Shown here: in pieces, positions 1 to 8,720 of the stretch
Layout: each line of letters begins with the position of its first letter
How positions within the stretch are numbered: the first letter of the stretch is position 1
Assembly (NCBI GenBank): GCA_963666425.2
Contig: OY762825.2
Coordinates: 2,080,001 to 2,144,000, forward strand
Source of the DNA: Bacillota bacterium
GTDB lineage: Bacteria; Bacillota; JAAYKD01
Reading direction: 5' to 3'
DNA: 64,000 bases
Notes under the pieces: model-generated
The model's input: the letters and a program-made list of their open reading frames with translations, nothing else
Told to the model about the DNA's origin: nothing
Databases searched by the model: none
Position numbers and translations under genes: made by a program

Positions 1-261
1 TTTTTTAGGTTCGGGCAGTGTGGGATCGGAGCTTAACAGTTTTTGTAAGCCCCAAAGACGTTTCATTTCGTCATCATCACTGACCAGATCGATGATTTCC
101 ATTTTTGCGGCGCGGGCGACCAGCCGATCCGGTCCCAGCACCTGAGCCATCAGCGCATAAAGGGCCGTCACACGCTGATTCAAGAGATCCGTCTGATTAG
201 CGATATCCTGCCAATTTAGATCCTTGAATTGGTTTAAATAATCGTGAATGGTATGTTGCAA
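1..261 (-). CDS. lonC: Lon-family ATP-dependent protease LonC, 5' part (runs off the window)
   Basis: Not in the ORF track. GGAGG RBS then TTG at 261, open to base 1: MQHTIHDYLNQ...QRVTALYALMAQVLGPDRLVARAAKMEIIDLV...RLLGLQKLLSSDPTL. This resembles the LonC N-terminus, and rplI-lonC is the usual clostridial order. Confidence 0.75.
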   Translation of the reverse strand, partial: MQHTIHDYLNQFKDLNWQDIANQTDLLNQRVTALYALMAQVLGPDRLVARAAKMEIIDLVSDDDEMKRLWGLQKLLSSDPTLPEPKK

Positions 262-303
262 CTTCAATCCTCCCAAAGCTGATCTACGATAAAGAGCAAA
301 AGG

Positions 304-326
304 AAGGGCGATGGTGGATCGCCCTT
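304..326 (-). terminator. hairpin after rplI, probable intrinsic terminator
   Basis: AAGGGCGAT-ggtgg-ATCGCCCTT inverted repeat followed by a T-rich run on the minus strand. Confidence 0.6.
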
Positions 327-359
327 TTCATAAACTCGAAGGAATTATTAATCAGCCGC

Positions 360-809
360 TTAGTCGAGAGGATGAATTTTGATGGTCAGTTTGACCGTCA
401 TGCCCGGATAAATCCGCACATCCGCTTCATACACACCGAGTGTCTTAATCGGTTCCTTCATTTCGATTTTTTTACGATCAATGCTGATTTTATGCTGGCG
501 GCTTAATTCATCGGCAATGCTGCTGTTGGTAACAGAACCGAAGAGCTTGCCGCCTTCGCTGTGTTTGCACTTGATAATCACTGAGACACTTGCTATTTTT
601 TTGGCTAATTCCAGGGCTTTTTCTTTTTCCCGTTGCTCTCGGCGCGCCTTGCCGTCATCACGCTCCTGCATTTGCTGCAGAGCACCGGCCGTCGCCTCGA
701 CAGCTAAACCGCGCGGCATCAGATAATTCCGGCAATAGCCTTCTGCCGCATGGATTTTTTGGCCTTTTTGGCCGATCCCTTTGACATCCTGTGTGAGGAT
801 TACTTCCAT
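360..809 (-). CDS. rplI: 50S ribosomal protein L9
   Basis: MEVILTQDVKGIGQKGQ...GYCRNYLMPRGLA and GKLFGSVT...IKTLGVY are L9 signatures; AGGAG RBS. Confidence 0.97.
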   Translation of the reverse strand: MEVILTQDVKGIGQKGQKIHAAEGYCRNYLMPRGLAVEATAGALQQMQERDDGKARREQREKEKALELAKKIASVSVIIKCKHSEGGKLFGSVTNSSIADELSRQHKISIDRKKIEMKEPIKTLGVYEADVRIYPGMTVKLTIKIHPLD

Positions 810-839
810 TGTTCATCGCTCCTTTGTTGCGCCTCTTCC

Positions 840-1877
840 TTAGGGAAGGGAAGGCGGATCGTTCTTGTTCTGATCGTGATCTTTTTCGGCATCATCGGTC
901 TTTTGCAGTTCAGTGTTCGCACGGGAACGAGGTCCGATTTTCCGTAAATCAAAAATAAAATCGACAAAACCTAAAAGGATCACACCGGTAGAGATATAGG
1001 GATTAAACAGAACAAAAATCAGCAGCAGCCAGCGAAAAAGTTTGCTGACGTGCAGTTTTTGCATAAACCAGACCATGACAGCCAAGCCTTGAATCAAAAT
1101 CAGATAGTAAGTCACCTGAAAAATGTTCTGAGCCGAGGTGGAGAGCCAGGTAATTGAGAAATAGCTGCCGGCAGAGTTAGCCAGAATACTCAGCAGGAAA
1201 ATTAAACCGGTATAATCCGGCAAACGCCAGGAGGGGAAGGGGGCTAAGCCTTCCATCGGGAGATGCATGCGTTTCATCACAATGCCGAGAATTTGGAAAT
1301 TCACTAAGGCATTCATGGCCGAGCTTAAGGTCAGCAACATGGGCAGCAGGGGACCGAAATAAGCTTCCGCATAGGTCGGGATTTGCCGGATCAGGTCCAG
1401 TTGCTCCTCCGGGAAATTGAACTGCTCGATCATACTCAGAGAAATCTGCGACGCTTCCTGATAGAGTTTCACCATTTCATCCAGGAAATTATAATCCATC
1501 AATTTGGAGGAAAGTACAATTAAAAAAACAAAGCCGACCAAGGTGGCGGCCGTTGTGGCAGCCAAAGTGGTCCAGGGGCTCCATTTCTTCCCTACTCCTA
1601 AGCCAAGAATTAAACCGGAAAACTGCAATGTAGTACAACCGGAAATAACGAAGACGGGATCCAGCAATAAGAGCAGGACCAGTTCCGCGGCAACGGCAGA
1701 AAGCAAACCGGCTTTCCAGCCATGGCGGCAAGTCATGATTGCGGTTGGTGTTGTCATGGCTAAAATCAGCAGGGTTCCCAGCGGTGTATAGTAAGTCACT
1801 AAAGCCAGAAGGACAAAAACAGCAGCCAGCATAGCACCCTCTGTGACCATGCGGACAGAGAATCGACGATTCATCAA
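840..1877 (-). CDS. YybS/DUF2232 family membrane protein
   Basis: Multi-TM protein with EGAMLAA N-terminus, QGLAV and DFIFDLRK C-terminus; lies between rpsR and rplI. Confidence 0.85.
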   Translation of the reverse strand: MMNRRFSVRMVTEGAMLAAVFVLLALVTYYTPLGTLLILAMTTPTAIMTCRHGWKAGLLSAVAAELVLLLLLDPVFVISGCTTLQFSGLILGLGVGKKWSPWTTLAATTAATLVGFVFLIVLSSKLMDYNFLDEMVKLYQEASQISLSMIEQFNFPEEQLDLIRQIPTYAEAYFGPLLPMLLTLSSAMNALVNFQILGIVMKRMHLPMEGLAPFPSWRLPDYTGLIFLLSILANSAGSYFSITWLSTSAQNIFQVTYYLILIQGLAVMVWFMQKLHVSKLFRWLLLIFVLFNPYISTGVILLGFVDFIFDLRKIGPRSRANTELQKTDDAEKDHDQNKNDPPSLP

Positions 1878-1920
1878 TGTTCACCTCGTTTAATCGGAGC
1901 TAGGTATCATCAATTGTTCT

Positions 1921-1949
1921 TATTCGCTTGAAACAGCAATGAATCCTGC
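1921..1949 (-). promoter_or_regulatory. sigma-H-type promoter upstream of yybS
   Basis: Minus strand GCAGGATTC...GCGAATA (AGGA-N18-GAAT) fits the B. subtilis SigH consensus. Confidence 0.6.
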
Positions 1950-1973
1950 ATGAAAAAAAAGAAGCGGCAAGGC

Positions 1974-2012
1974 AAAAAAGACCGCTCCAAACCATTTGTT
2001 TGAAGCGATCTT
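1974..2012 (-). terminator. terminator after rpsR
   Basis: Imperfect AAGACCGCTCCAAAC/GTTTGAAGCGATCTT stem with a U-tract on the minus strand. Confidence 0.6.
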
Positions 2013-2027
2013 CGTTTCTTTAAGATA

Positions 2028-2297
2028 CTACTCGGTTGTGAAGGGAAGCAGAGCAACGATACGAGACCGTTTGATTGCCTGGGTCAGCGTGCGTTGATGT
2101 TTCGCGCAGCATCCGGAGATACGGCGGGGTAAAATTTTACCCCGTTCAGTCAGGAAGCGGCGTAATTTATCCACTTCTTTATAATCGATGGTTTCTACTT
2201 TATCGACGCAGAAACTGCAGACACGACGTTTGGGACGGCGGCCTTTTGGGCGGCGTTCGTCTTTATCACCACGGTCGCGATTGTATGATTCGGCCAT
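2028..2297 (-). CDS. rpsR: 30S ribosomal protein S18 (Zn-binding C+ form)
   Basis: CSFC...[33 protein letters not shown]; start MAESYN at 2297 after AGGAG. Confidence 0.97.
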   Translation of the reverse strand: MAESYNRDRGDKDERRPKGRRPKRRVCSFCVDKVETIDYKEVDKLRRFLTERGKILPRRISGCCAKHQRTLTQAIKRSRIVALLPFTTE

Positions 2298-2334
2298 ATT
2301 GAATGACTCCTTTACTAACATTTATTTGATTGAA

Positions 2335-2778
2335 TTAGGAATTGAACGGAACATCGTCATCACTTTCGCTGGGTTGTTTCCCGGTTTTGCTGTCATTAGC
2401 GTCATAAGGTTCATAAGGCAGATCACCGGGCATTTCGCCGCTTTCCATACTGGTTTCTTTGGGACGATCCAAAGGAGTGATGCTGTTGCAAGTCACTTCG
2501 GTATAATCCCTGCGGCTGCCATCGGGTTGGCTGACGCTGTTGATATGCAAAGAACCTTCCACAGCAACCAGCCGGCCTTTATGGACATAATTGGAGACGA
2601 ATTCGGCGCGCTTATTCCAAGCGCTGCAACGAATAAAATCAGCCTGACGTTCTCCGTTGGGGCCTTTCATATTGCGGTCAACGGCTAAAGTAAAACGAAC
2701 AACCGAAGAACCACTGGGTGTATAGCGCATTTCCGGATCTCGGGTCAGACGTCCGACTAAGACGATATTGTTAACCAT
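2335..2778 (-). CDS. ssb: single-stranded DNA-binding protein
   Basis: NNIVLVGRLTRDPEMRYTPSG...FTLAVDR OB-fold, acidic tail DDDVPF; GGAGG RBS before ATG 2778. Confidence 0.96.
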   Translation of the reverse strand: MVNNIVLVGRLTRDPEMRYTPSGSSVVRFTLAVDRNMKGPNGERQADFIRCSAWNKRAEFVSNYVHKGRLVAVEGSLHINSVSQPDGSRRDYTEVTCNSITPLDRPKETSMESGEMPGDLPYEPYDANDSKTGKQPSESDDDVPFNS

Positions 2779-2823
2779 CGTTGCATCCTCCATTTTTGTT
2801 TGTTAAGCCGACAGCTGACGGGA

Positions 2824-3111
2824 CTATTTTTCGACTCTCGTAATCATGAAACGGATAATTGGTTCCGTTAATTTTAAAACACGGTCGATTTCAGTTATGG
2901 CTGAAGGATCGGCATCAAAGGTAACAATCAGGTAGACCCCTTCTTTGAAATCATTGATTTCATAAGCGAGACGTCGCTTACCCCATTTTTTCACCTCTGT
3001 TACGCTGCCCTTAACGGTTTCGATTAATGTTTTCACTTTTTCGCCCACTGCTTCCAGAGCTTCACCCTCGAGCGTAGGATTAATGATATACATCAATTCG
3101 TAACTATTCAT
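2824..3111 (-). CDS. rpsF: 30S ribosomal protein S6
   Basis: YELMYIINP...WGKRRLAYEINDFKEGVY; GGAGGTG RBS. Confidence 0.97.
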   Translation of the reverse strand: MNSYELMYIINPTLEGEALEAVGEKVKTLIETVKGSVTEVKKWGKRRLAYEINDFKEGVYLIVTFDADPSAITEIDRVLKLTEPIIRFMITRVEK

Positions 3112-3117
3112 TCAAAT

Positions 3118-3170
3118 TCACCTCCTCCCCCCCGGACTATACGGCCCTGCCTTTGGCAGAGCGGGGGAAC
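3118..3170 (-). ncRNA. S6:S18 ribosomal protein leader (cis-regulatory RNA)
   Basis: Minus strand CCCCCGCT-CTGCC-aaa-GGCAG-GGCCGTATAGTCC-GGGGGGGAGGAGGTG: hairpin, CCG motif and pairing to the SD region, like Bacillota rpsF leaders. Confidence 0.7.
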
Positions 3171-3208
3171 AAATTAAAGTTTAACATAATTAGAACGAAA
3201 ATGCAACT

Positions 3209-3472
3209 TCATTTTCGCAACTGTTTTTCCTTTTTCTCGTCGGATGTATTGGTAAAAGCAGGCCGCTGCTGTGCAGTCAGGACAGCGTCCCCTCTGCTGA
3301 GGATGGATTTGACGCTTTTTTCAAATTTTACTCTGGGTAATAACAGGCTATGACCGCAGGTCGTACAGCGGATACGAAAATCCATGCCGATCCGGGTTAC
3401 TTCCCAGGTGTCGCCACCGCAGGGGTGGCTTTTGCGCATTTTTACCAGATCACCCAAGTAATATTCCGCCAT
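3209..3472 (-). CDS. DUF951 (YyzM-like) protein
   Basis: LGDLVKMRKSHPCGGDTWEVTRIGMDFRIRCTTCGH; conserved position upstream of rpsF. Confidence 0.9.
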   Translation of the reverse strand: MAEYYLGDLVKMRKSHPCGGDTWEVTRIGMDFRIRCTTCGHSLLLPRVKFEKSVKSILSRGDAVLTAQQRPAFTNTSDEKKEKQLRK

Positions 3473-3490
3473 AGGGCAGCTCCCTTCTGA

Positions 3491-4213
3491 TTAAAACAAA
3501 GCGATCAGGAAATAGAAGAATTTCATCATTTTATTGGCGAGGAAGGACTCGGTCACGGCAGTGGTTAAGCCAGACTGACTGGTGCTGCTCAAGATGGGCA
3601 GAACGACCGCGATGATAACGATCAAAATAGCAAATGACTGCAGCAGACCAACCAGCAAACCGCTGATTTTATCAGAAGTACCACCGGCAACCCGCAGCAC
3701 ATTGCGCAGTAAGAAGAGCAGCAGACTGGCGGCTAAATTAACGGCCAGAACGATCGCCAGAAAAGCCAAAGCGCTGATTAAGAGATTGGCCAGCATGGTT
3801 GCTACCAATTCACCTAAATTGCTGGACATGGACTGTAAATTAATCGTACCTATCGATTCGATCGCTTTTCGCAGCTGATCGAGGACCGATTGCGGCAGTT
3901 TAAGTGTAGCCAGCTGCTTCATCAGATAGGCAATCGGATCCGCCTCGGAGAGACTCATAGTGGGAATATTGATTTTCGGTGCGATGAAGTCGACGATTTT
4001 TTGATTCAGATGCCAATTCGAATTGAACCAGGCGGCAACAGCCGGATAATAGAAAATAGCAGCAATGAAACCGACAACAGAACCCAGAAGACTGATCAGG
4101 GTTTTGGTAAAACCGTTGTGAAAACCTCGCCAGGCTCCAAGCAGCAGAATGATAACAATAACACCGTCTATCCAGTTATAATTCTGCAGTGTGATACTTT
4201 CCATTTCGTTCAC
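3491..4213 (-). CDS. CvpA (colicin V production) family membrane protein
   Basis: NWIDGVIVIILLLGAWRGFHNGF N-terminus, DKISGLLVG motif, TM pattern. Confidence 0.8.
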   Translation of the reverse strand: MNEMESITLQNYNWIDGVIVIILLLGAWRGFHNGFTKTLISLLGSVVGFIAAIFYYPAVAAWFNSNWHLNQKIVDFIAPKINIPTMSLSEADPIAYLMKQLATLKLPQSVLDQLRKAIESIGTINLQSMSSNLGELVATMLANLLISALAFLAIVLAVNLAASLLLFLLRNVLRVAGGTSDKISGLLVGLLQSFAILIVIIAVVLPILSSTSQSGLTTAVTESFLANKMMKFFYFLIALF

Positions 4214-4233
4214 ATCCTTTTTTTATGGAAGAA

Positions 4234-5475
4234 TTAATTGGGAATTTTCCACAAAGTTAAGCGGCCGCTTTGGCCAAGACCGCAAAGGTATTCTCCGCTG
4301 GGAGAAAAAGCAAGATCGAATAAATCACTATCGGCATAGCGCTGTGAAACCAAAAGTGCACCTTCGTTGGACAGAGCATAAATCAGACTTTTGCCTCCTC
4401 CGTAGATGGCGTAGCCGGAAGGATGAATTTTTAAGCAAAGAGCAGGTTCCTTCAGTGCATAACTCCAGATTAATTGGTCATTTTGATTGTAATCAATAAT
4501 CCAACCGCTGTTTTCTGCGTCATTCCAACAGGCAGCCACAAAAGAAGCATTGGTTTGGCTGAGCGCAAGCTGGGTGATCCCGGCTGGTAATTGGATATAC
4601 TGATCATTTTTCTCAATTGCAGGGCCGGCAGGGTTGACTGAGGTGATTTCCGTGATTTTGTCCTGATCGCTGAAGCGATAAATTCTTGTATCCACCCCGA
4701 CCATGGCGGTAAGGCCGTCGTCGCTGATCACCGACACAGCAGTTTTAAATTTGCCGACCGTCATCCGATGGCTGACAATACCGCCGCTGTTCATCAAAAG
4801 GAAAGAAGAGGAACCATCGTTGAGCGAAGTGATCCCGATGACAGCGCCAACGCCGCCCGGCGCCAGCACAGCAGAGTCAATCGTGCAATTGGTTTCGATG
4901 TATTCCCAGACGATGTTGCCGTGATAGTCCAGCAAGCTTAAATGCCAGTCGGTTTCATTTTCTTTCGTGGTTACGAGTGTATAGCCGTCACTGCTGGGCC
5001 AAGCGTTGCCGGGCCAATTGAAGAAACGGTGCTCCCACAGAATTTCGCCTGCTAAATTATAGGCTTCCAGTGTTTTTTGACTGCGATGCAGCCAGACTTG
5101 CTGAACGCCGTCGGTGTAAACAAACAGAGAGTAATTTTTCAGGAGAATACTGGCGGAGCTTTGTAAATGCTGTTCTGCGTCAATCAGTAAAGTTGTGCCG
5201 GTGGTTTGTGTATTGATCCAAGCCACGATGTCTGCTTCATCGTTGATTTGACCGATCCCACTGGGCAGGAGAGACTCATTTGACCAAACTTGCGATAGAC
5301 TTAGTTGTGAAACAACGGAAGGGGTATACCAATTTCTCTGCCAGGGCGTTCGGCTGGTAATGAAGCTGGTCAATAAACCGCCCAATATAGTGAGTGTCAG
5401 CAATAGAATGAAGATCGTTTTGGATAAAGCTGCGATTTTCTTGCTGGTAACGCTGGAAATACGCGCTCTCTTCAT
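4234..5475 (-). CDS. membrane-anchored beta-propeller protein (PQQ/WD40-like)
   Basis: GAGGTG RBS before MKRARIS at 5475; one N-terminal TM; repeated GEILWE/GNIVWE/QLIWSY blades; ends LTLWKI. Confidence 0.6.
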   Translation of the reverse strand: MKRARISSVTSKKIAALSKTIFILLLTLTILGGLLTSFITSRTPWQRNWYTPSVVSQLSLSQVWSNESLLPSGIGQINDEADIVAWINTQTTGTTLLIDAEQHLQSSASILLKNYSLFVYTDGVQQVWLHRSQKTLEAYNLAGEILWEHRFFNWPGNAWPSSDGYTLVTTKENETDWHLSLLDYHGNIVWEYIETNCTIDSAVLAPGGVGAVIGITSLNDGSSSFLLMNSGGIVSHRMTVGKFKTAVSVISDDGLTAMVGVDTRIYRFSDQDKITEITSVNPAGPAIEKNDQYIQLPAGITQLALSQTNASFVAACWNDAENSGWIIDYNQNDQLIWSYALKEPALCLKIHPSGYAIYGGGKSLIYALSNEGALLVSQRYADSDLFDLAFSPSGEYLCGLGQSGRLTLWKIPN

Positions 5476-5498
5476 CGATCCATCACCTCTTTCGTTTC

Positions 5499-6260
5499 TT
5501 AAGATTCGTAATCCACTACGATTTGTTTTAATAATTCCAGCCAAACAAAATTGCCGGAATATTCAAGGTGCAGCCCGTCAGGGCTTTCCGCTTCCCGCAT
5601 CACGCCGGCCTGATCACAAAAAGCAGAAGCGATATCCAGAAAAGCAAAACCGGATTGACGGCAAACCTGGGCTAAAGCCGCATTATAGGCAGCAATGGCT
5701 GTATTGCTGCGGCAGGTATCCAATAATTCATGGCTGGCAGTGACATGAAAAATAGCTTGTGCATAAATCTTGGCATGTGGCCAGTTTGTCTGCAGTTTGG
5801 TCAGCAATTGCTGATATTGTGCCGCAAACTCTTCCGGACTGTAACCATAGCCCATATCATTGATGCCGAGCAACAGAAAAACGCGCTTCGGCGTTGTTTG
5901 GCTCAATTCATTCAGCCGTGCCTCGGCTTTGCTCACCGTCAGACCGACTTCGTCTAAAAAAACAGACTGTTGTTTTAGTCTGGTGTAACCTTCCAGTCCA
6001 TTGGTAAAAGAATCGCCGATAAAACAGCTATTGGTGAAAAAAGGGTCCAAATCGATATCGTAAGAAGCCGGTTTCAATTGACCATCCGCCGGGACGACGA
6101 TATAATCCATCACCGAAGGAATCGGTTTCAGCAGCGGAAAGCTCTGCAGCTGCTCACGAGGCGCCGTGATCTGCCCATAGAGCAGCAGAGCAGCGCTGAG
6201 TGTCAAGAGAATCCAGAAGAAAGAAAGCTTGCGGGAAGGCATATCGTTCACCTGCGTCAT
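5499..6260 (-). CDS. SGNH/GDSL esterase with N-terminal membrane anchor
   Basis: Block I FIGDSFT, block III LLGINDM, block V DGLH. Confidence 0.85.
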   Translation of the reverse strand: MTQVNDMPSRKLSFFWILLTLSAALLLYGQITAPREQLQSFPLLKPIPSVMDYIVVPADGQLKPASYDIDLDPFFTNSCFIGDSFTNGLEGYTRLKQQSVFLDEVGLTVSKAEARLNELSQTTPKRVFLLLGINDMGYGYSPEEFAAQYQQLLTKLQTNWPHAKIYAQAIFHVTASHELLDTCRSNTAIAAYNAALAQVCRQSGFAFLDIASAFCDQAGVMREAESPDGLHLEYSGNFVWLELLKQIVVDYES

Positions 6261-6478
6261 GAGATTTGTCTATTCAGTATTGTATCTCAGAATTTGGTGT
6301 GACGCAAGAGCGAATCGTGACGAAAGCTTGAATCTCTCAAGAAGAAGCTTTGGATTTTATCGGATGCAGTGCTATAATGTAACAGGAAATGATGTACTAA
6401 ATAGAGAAGCAGCTGCCGTCGGAAGAGCGGCAGGCGATGATAGGAAAGAAGCTGGGTTTTTAAGGAGGAGATGGCAGG

Positions 6479-7273
6479 ATGAACCAGGTAAAAGCATGGC
6501 AGCGAACCGCTTTGTTGGTTGGAGAGCAAGGCTTAGCCCGCTTGCAGGCCGCCAGTGTGATGATCGTTGGTTTAGGCGGTGTCGGTTCCTTTGCGCTGGA
6601 AGCGATTGCCCGCGCCGGGGTTGGCCGTATTATTTTGGTGGATGACGATTTTGTTGAGGAGAGCAATCTCAATCGTCAGTTGCTGGCGCTGCATTCTACG
6701 ATTGGTATGTCGAAAGTGGCGGCAGCCGCGGCACGCATCAGAGACATCAATCCAGAGTGTCAGATTGAAATGCTGTGCCTGACTGTCACCCCGGCCAATA
6801 TACAGGATCTGCTCGCGCTAAGACCGGACTATGTCATCGACGCCATCGACAGTGTGGCGGCGAAAGCAGCTTTATTGGCGGAAACCTATCTGGCTGGGAT
6901 TCCTGTCCTCGGTGTGATGGGAACCGGGAATAAATTAGATGCCAGCAGCTTTTTGATCACAGATATCAGCAAGACTCACACCTGTCCGCTGGCGAGAGCA
7001 CTGCGGCGGGAATTGAAACAGCGCGGTATCCTGAAAGGGATCCGGGTGATTTATTCTCCCCTGCCGCCGATGATCGTGGCAGACAGCGCCTATGCCGGCG
7101 GGACAGAGAAGAACTTGCCGGATGCGATGTCTGCAGCGCTTGCAGAAGCCGCTCCGGAAGAACCGGTCAGGTTAAAACGCAGACCGCCGGGCAGTATCAG
7201 TTTTGTGCCGCCGGTTGCCGGTATGCTGGCTGCCGGTGAAGTGGTTCGTTATTTGCTGCAAAGAGAAATTTAA
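6479..7273 (+). CDS. tcdA: tRNA threonylcarbamoyladenosine dehydratase (ThiF family)
   Basis: GLGGVGS, SNLNRQ, DAID, GTGNK, CPLAR, GSISFVPPVAG. Confidence 0.9.
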   Translation: MNQVKAWQRTALLVGEQGLARLQAASVMIVGLGGVGSFALEAIARAGVGRIILVDDDFVEESNLNRQLLALHSTIGMSKVAAAAARIRDINPECQIEMLCLTVTPANIQDLLALRPDYVIDAIDSVAAKAALLAETYLAGIPVLGVMGTGNKLDASSFLITDISKTHTCPLARALRRELKQRGILKGIRVIYSPLPPMIVADSAYAGGTEKNLPDAMSAALAEAAPEEPVRLKRRPPGSISFVPPVAGMLAAGEVVRYLLQREI

Positions 7274-7331
7274 AAAGAGAGGATTGTCTTCATCTGATGC
7301 TGAGATCAGGTAAGGACAATCCTCTCTTTTT
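7272..7331. terminator. bidirectional terminator between convergent genes
   Basis: AAAAAGAGAGGATTGTCTT...AAGGACAATCCTCTCTTTTT. Confidence 0.8.
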
Positions 7332-7348
7332 AACAGATTCGCAGCCAA

Positions 7349-7972
7349 TCAAGTGCGCAAACGTTGAAAAATCCGAGCAGTGTAAGCATCCCAGGCCATG
7401 CTGTCGGTGTTGACAAGGACGGTTGGCAGCAAAGAATGCTGCGCACAGGCGACAAACTGCCGCTGCTTTTCGTTATAAGCGTCGAGATCATTTTGCGTAA
7501 AAATACGGTTGGGGTTGGCTTCCCGCTGCTGTAAGCGTGCCGGAACATTTTCCGGACTGATGCTGCATAAAACAGTCAGTGCATGTAATTGCGCCAGACG
7601 CTGCTGCAAGTCTAGATACTCTTCACTGCAGCAATCCTGAAAACAAACAGCAAAGTTTAAATGAAACCGTTCAAAGACAAAGAAGAGTCCCCGTGAGCGG
7701 CGGGAATGGATCCCCATGGAATTTGCATAGTGATTCAATTGTTCCAGGAGAGCGACTCGTTCCTGCAGCACCTGCAGATTTTCTGCTCGGCTCATTCCCT
7801 GCAGGACGCCATTGACCCAATTCAGATTCTGCGAATAATGTTCCGCCAGGTAAATGACATTGCGTTCGGCTCCCGCTTCTGTGAGGTGATAGCGTTGGAT
7901 CGCATTGAAAAGAGAAGTCTTGCCGGAACAGGAGGGCCCCTCAAGAATAATGCCGCAGATTTGCTCTGACAT
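7349..7972 (-). CDS. P-loop nucleoside/nucleotide kinase-like protein (TMK/dNK fold), substrate unknown
   Basis: ILEGPSCSGKT Walker A, FVFERFH resembling the ER/DR motif, lid-like ARLQQR; start MSEQ (a GTG/ATG 12 nt upstream is possible). Confidence 0.65.
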   Translation of the reverse strand: MSEQICGIILEGPSCSGKTSLFNAIQRYHLTEAGAERNVIYLAEHYSQNLNWVNGVLQGMSRAENLQVLQERVALLEQLNHYANSMGIHSRRSRGLFFVFERFHLNFAVCFQDCCSEEYLDLQQRLAQLHALTVLCSISPENVPARLQQREANPNRIFTQNDLDAYNEKQRQFVACAQHSLLPTVLVNTDSMAWDAYTARIFQRLRT

Positions 7973-8078
7973 ACCTGCCACCATCCTTATGTGAAAATCC
8001 GTCAGGACAACAGGGACCGTTTGCTTTCTGTCGTAATCCTGACTGTGCGAAACTTAGGGAAGCACCAAGGGATTGCCT

Positions 8079-8720
8079 TTATTTGAGATAAGACAGCAAA
8101 TCAGCCAGACGCTGCAGGCGATAATCCGGCTGCAGTTCATCCCAGACCGTTGTGGGGAAGTTGCTCCAGAGTACCGCGGCAGAAGGGGAGCCCGCTGCTT
8201 TGGCGCAGAGAATATCATAGGGACTGTCACCGATATAAAGTGCGGCGGACGGTTCGATCTGCAGGAGTCTGCAAGCCTCCAGCAAGGGTTCTGCCTGCGG
8301 TTTGTGAATTTTAGTATCTTCTTCGCAGACATAAACCTGAAAGAACGCTTCCATCTGAAAAAGGCGGATGCCTTTCATCACGGTAGGACGTTTTTTGGAA
8401 GAAACAATACCCATCGTATAACCTGCCTGCTGCAAGGCATGCAAATCTTCATTAATATAAGGGAAGGGCTGGGCCATCTGATCGTGCACCGCCAGATTGT
8501 GCTGGCGATAGACTTGCAGCATTTCCTGGACAACGGCTGCGTCTTTGGTGTAACGGCCGAAGGAATAAGTTAAAGGGCGGCCGTAGTCATAGAGAACTTC
8601 TTCAGCCGAGATATCCAAACCCAGCACCGAGCGAAAGGTATGCTGAAACGAAGCTACGACCAAAGCGCGGGTATCGATCAGAGTACCGTCCAAATCAAAG
8701 AGCAGGGTGGTCGGATTCAT
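8079..8720 (-). CDS. HAD-family phosphatase, PpaX-like
   Basis: Motif I FDLDGTLIDT, VSSK, HKP, YIGDSPYDI. Confidence 0.85.
   Translation of the reverse strand: MNPTTLLFDLDGTLIDTRALVVASFQHTFRSVLGLDISAEEVLYDYGRPLTYSFGRYTKDAAVVQEMLQVYRQHNLAVHDQMAQPFPYINEDLHALQQAGYTMGIVSSKKRPTVMKGIRLFQMEAFFQVYVCEEDTKIHKPQAEPLLEACRLLQIEPSAALYIGDSPYDILCAKAAGSPSAAVLWSNFPTTVWDELQPDYRLQRLADLLSYLK

Noticed and set aside
6261-6478. Strand switch near the rpsF cluster as a possible replication origin
   Set aside because: No dnaA/dnaN and no DnaA-box cluster (only isolated near-matches at ~2168 and ~4244 inside genes); more likely a rearrangement
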